Source of the DNA: Chlorokybus atmophyticus
Lineage: Eukaryota > Plantae > Mesostigma and Chlorokybus algae
NCBI GenBank assembly: GCA_009103225.1
Contig: RHPI01003369.1
Span: 689,500-753,499 of the forward strand
Direction of reading: 5' to 3'
Length of the DNA stretch: 64,000 nucleotides
The notes beneath the pieces were generated by a model, which had not been told where the DNA came from, ran no database searches, and saw only the letters and a list, made by a program, of their open reading frames with translations. Both the position numbers and the translations under genes were made by a program. Shown here piece after piece: positions 63,116 to 64,000 of the stretch (position 1 is its first letter; every line of letters begins with the position of its first letter).

Positions 63116-64000
63116 ACTCTGATGCGCGAGGTGTACGGCGACTACACCCCATCAACAGCATGGCGTCCTCGCCCCTTCCACGCTCGCGCCGGCGGTCGCT
63201 ACCTCTGGTCGGACGCGTTCGGCGTGTGCGACTACCTGTCGCTGCACGGGGCCACGAGGGATGAAGCGTACGTCGCGCAGGCCGACGCGGTCGTGAGGGA
63301 CGTGCATGATGTACTAGGGAAGAGGAGGGATGGGAGAGGGAGGATTGATGGGGCGAGCGAGGAGAAGCCGACCGCGGGGGGACTGCGTATTGGGAAGGTG
63401 GGGTGATGCATGTTGGGTGCAGTATCAACAACACCAAGAGCATTGTCGCAAGCACGGCAGTGAGTCTGAGTCGTACACCCAACGAAGTGTGAGTCATACT
63501 CAACCCAACATCATCTGCTTTAGTCATGTTGAAGGTTGACTTGCATCACTCTGCTATGAACCCTACATCGCCCCATGTACTCTCTCGGAATGGTACCGCA
63601 TGTACACGCAGAGAGTGGGGTGCAGGAGGACGACGAGAGCGAGCCGGACGGCGACGGGCAGTACTTCCACTACCTCACCAAGTGGATGTTCGCGCTGAGC
63701 CGCATGAGCACTGCCACTCGAGATGATAAGTACCAGCGCTGGGCGGTGGAGCTCGCAAAGGCCGCGCACCACAACTTTGTCCGGAGGTAGTGCGTAATGC
63801 CATGATCCTATTGTCTTACACTTACACTCACAGGTCACACACTTCTTTTGGTGTGTGCTTTAGCACACAGAGCATGCAGTACTGGCATCCAGTAGCTGTA
63901 CGTGTACTGCCAATCAATGCAATTTGCATTTGCTTGCTTGCACAACACTACTTACCGGTTTTATCTGTCAACAGGGAAAGGGGCTTCCAACGCATGTACT
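63116..64000 (+). CDS. Uncharacterised conserved protein, probable six-hairpin (alpha/alpha)6 glycosidase-like fold; 3' partial
   Basis: Exons MREVYGDY...GGRYLWSDAFGVCDYLSL...VHDVLGKRRDG...GGLRIGK | ...DGDGQYFHYLTKWMFALSRMS...WAVELAKAAHHNFV | ...KGLPRMY. I recognise these motifs from an uncharacterised family; the fold is inference. Confidence 0.75.

Overview
Intron-rich eukaryotic nuclear DNA, most likely from a green alga of the streptophyte type (inferred from plant-like KEA1/2, PTB3-like and trehalase genes and telo-box promoters; the species cannot be determined). About 16 spliced protein-coding loci can be assembled by hand, many arranged as head-to-head pairs. Confident calls are an FAD-dependent oxidoreductase, a C-factor-like SDR, trehalase (GH37), the plastid K+ efflux antiporter KEA1/2, a 4-RRM PTB, SRP72, a DCAF8-like WD40 protein, DPH6 with RidA-like domains and an ARM-repeat/IQ protein. 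There are also several orphan genes and an uncharacterised putative six-hairpin-glycosidase-like gene cut by the window end. Non-genic elements include a decayed RLE-type (CRE-like) non-LTR retrotransposon 3' end, a lower-GC island (about 33.4-36.7 kb) with diverged tandem modules and a Gag-like zinc-knuckle relic, pentamer arrays in two divergent promoters, CA/TG-rich introns and four assembly gaps. I saw no rRNA, tRNA or CRISPR array. I cannot demonstrate a new biological system; the best leads are listed as findings. Gene spans run from the inferred start to the inferred stop and were assembled by eye.
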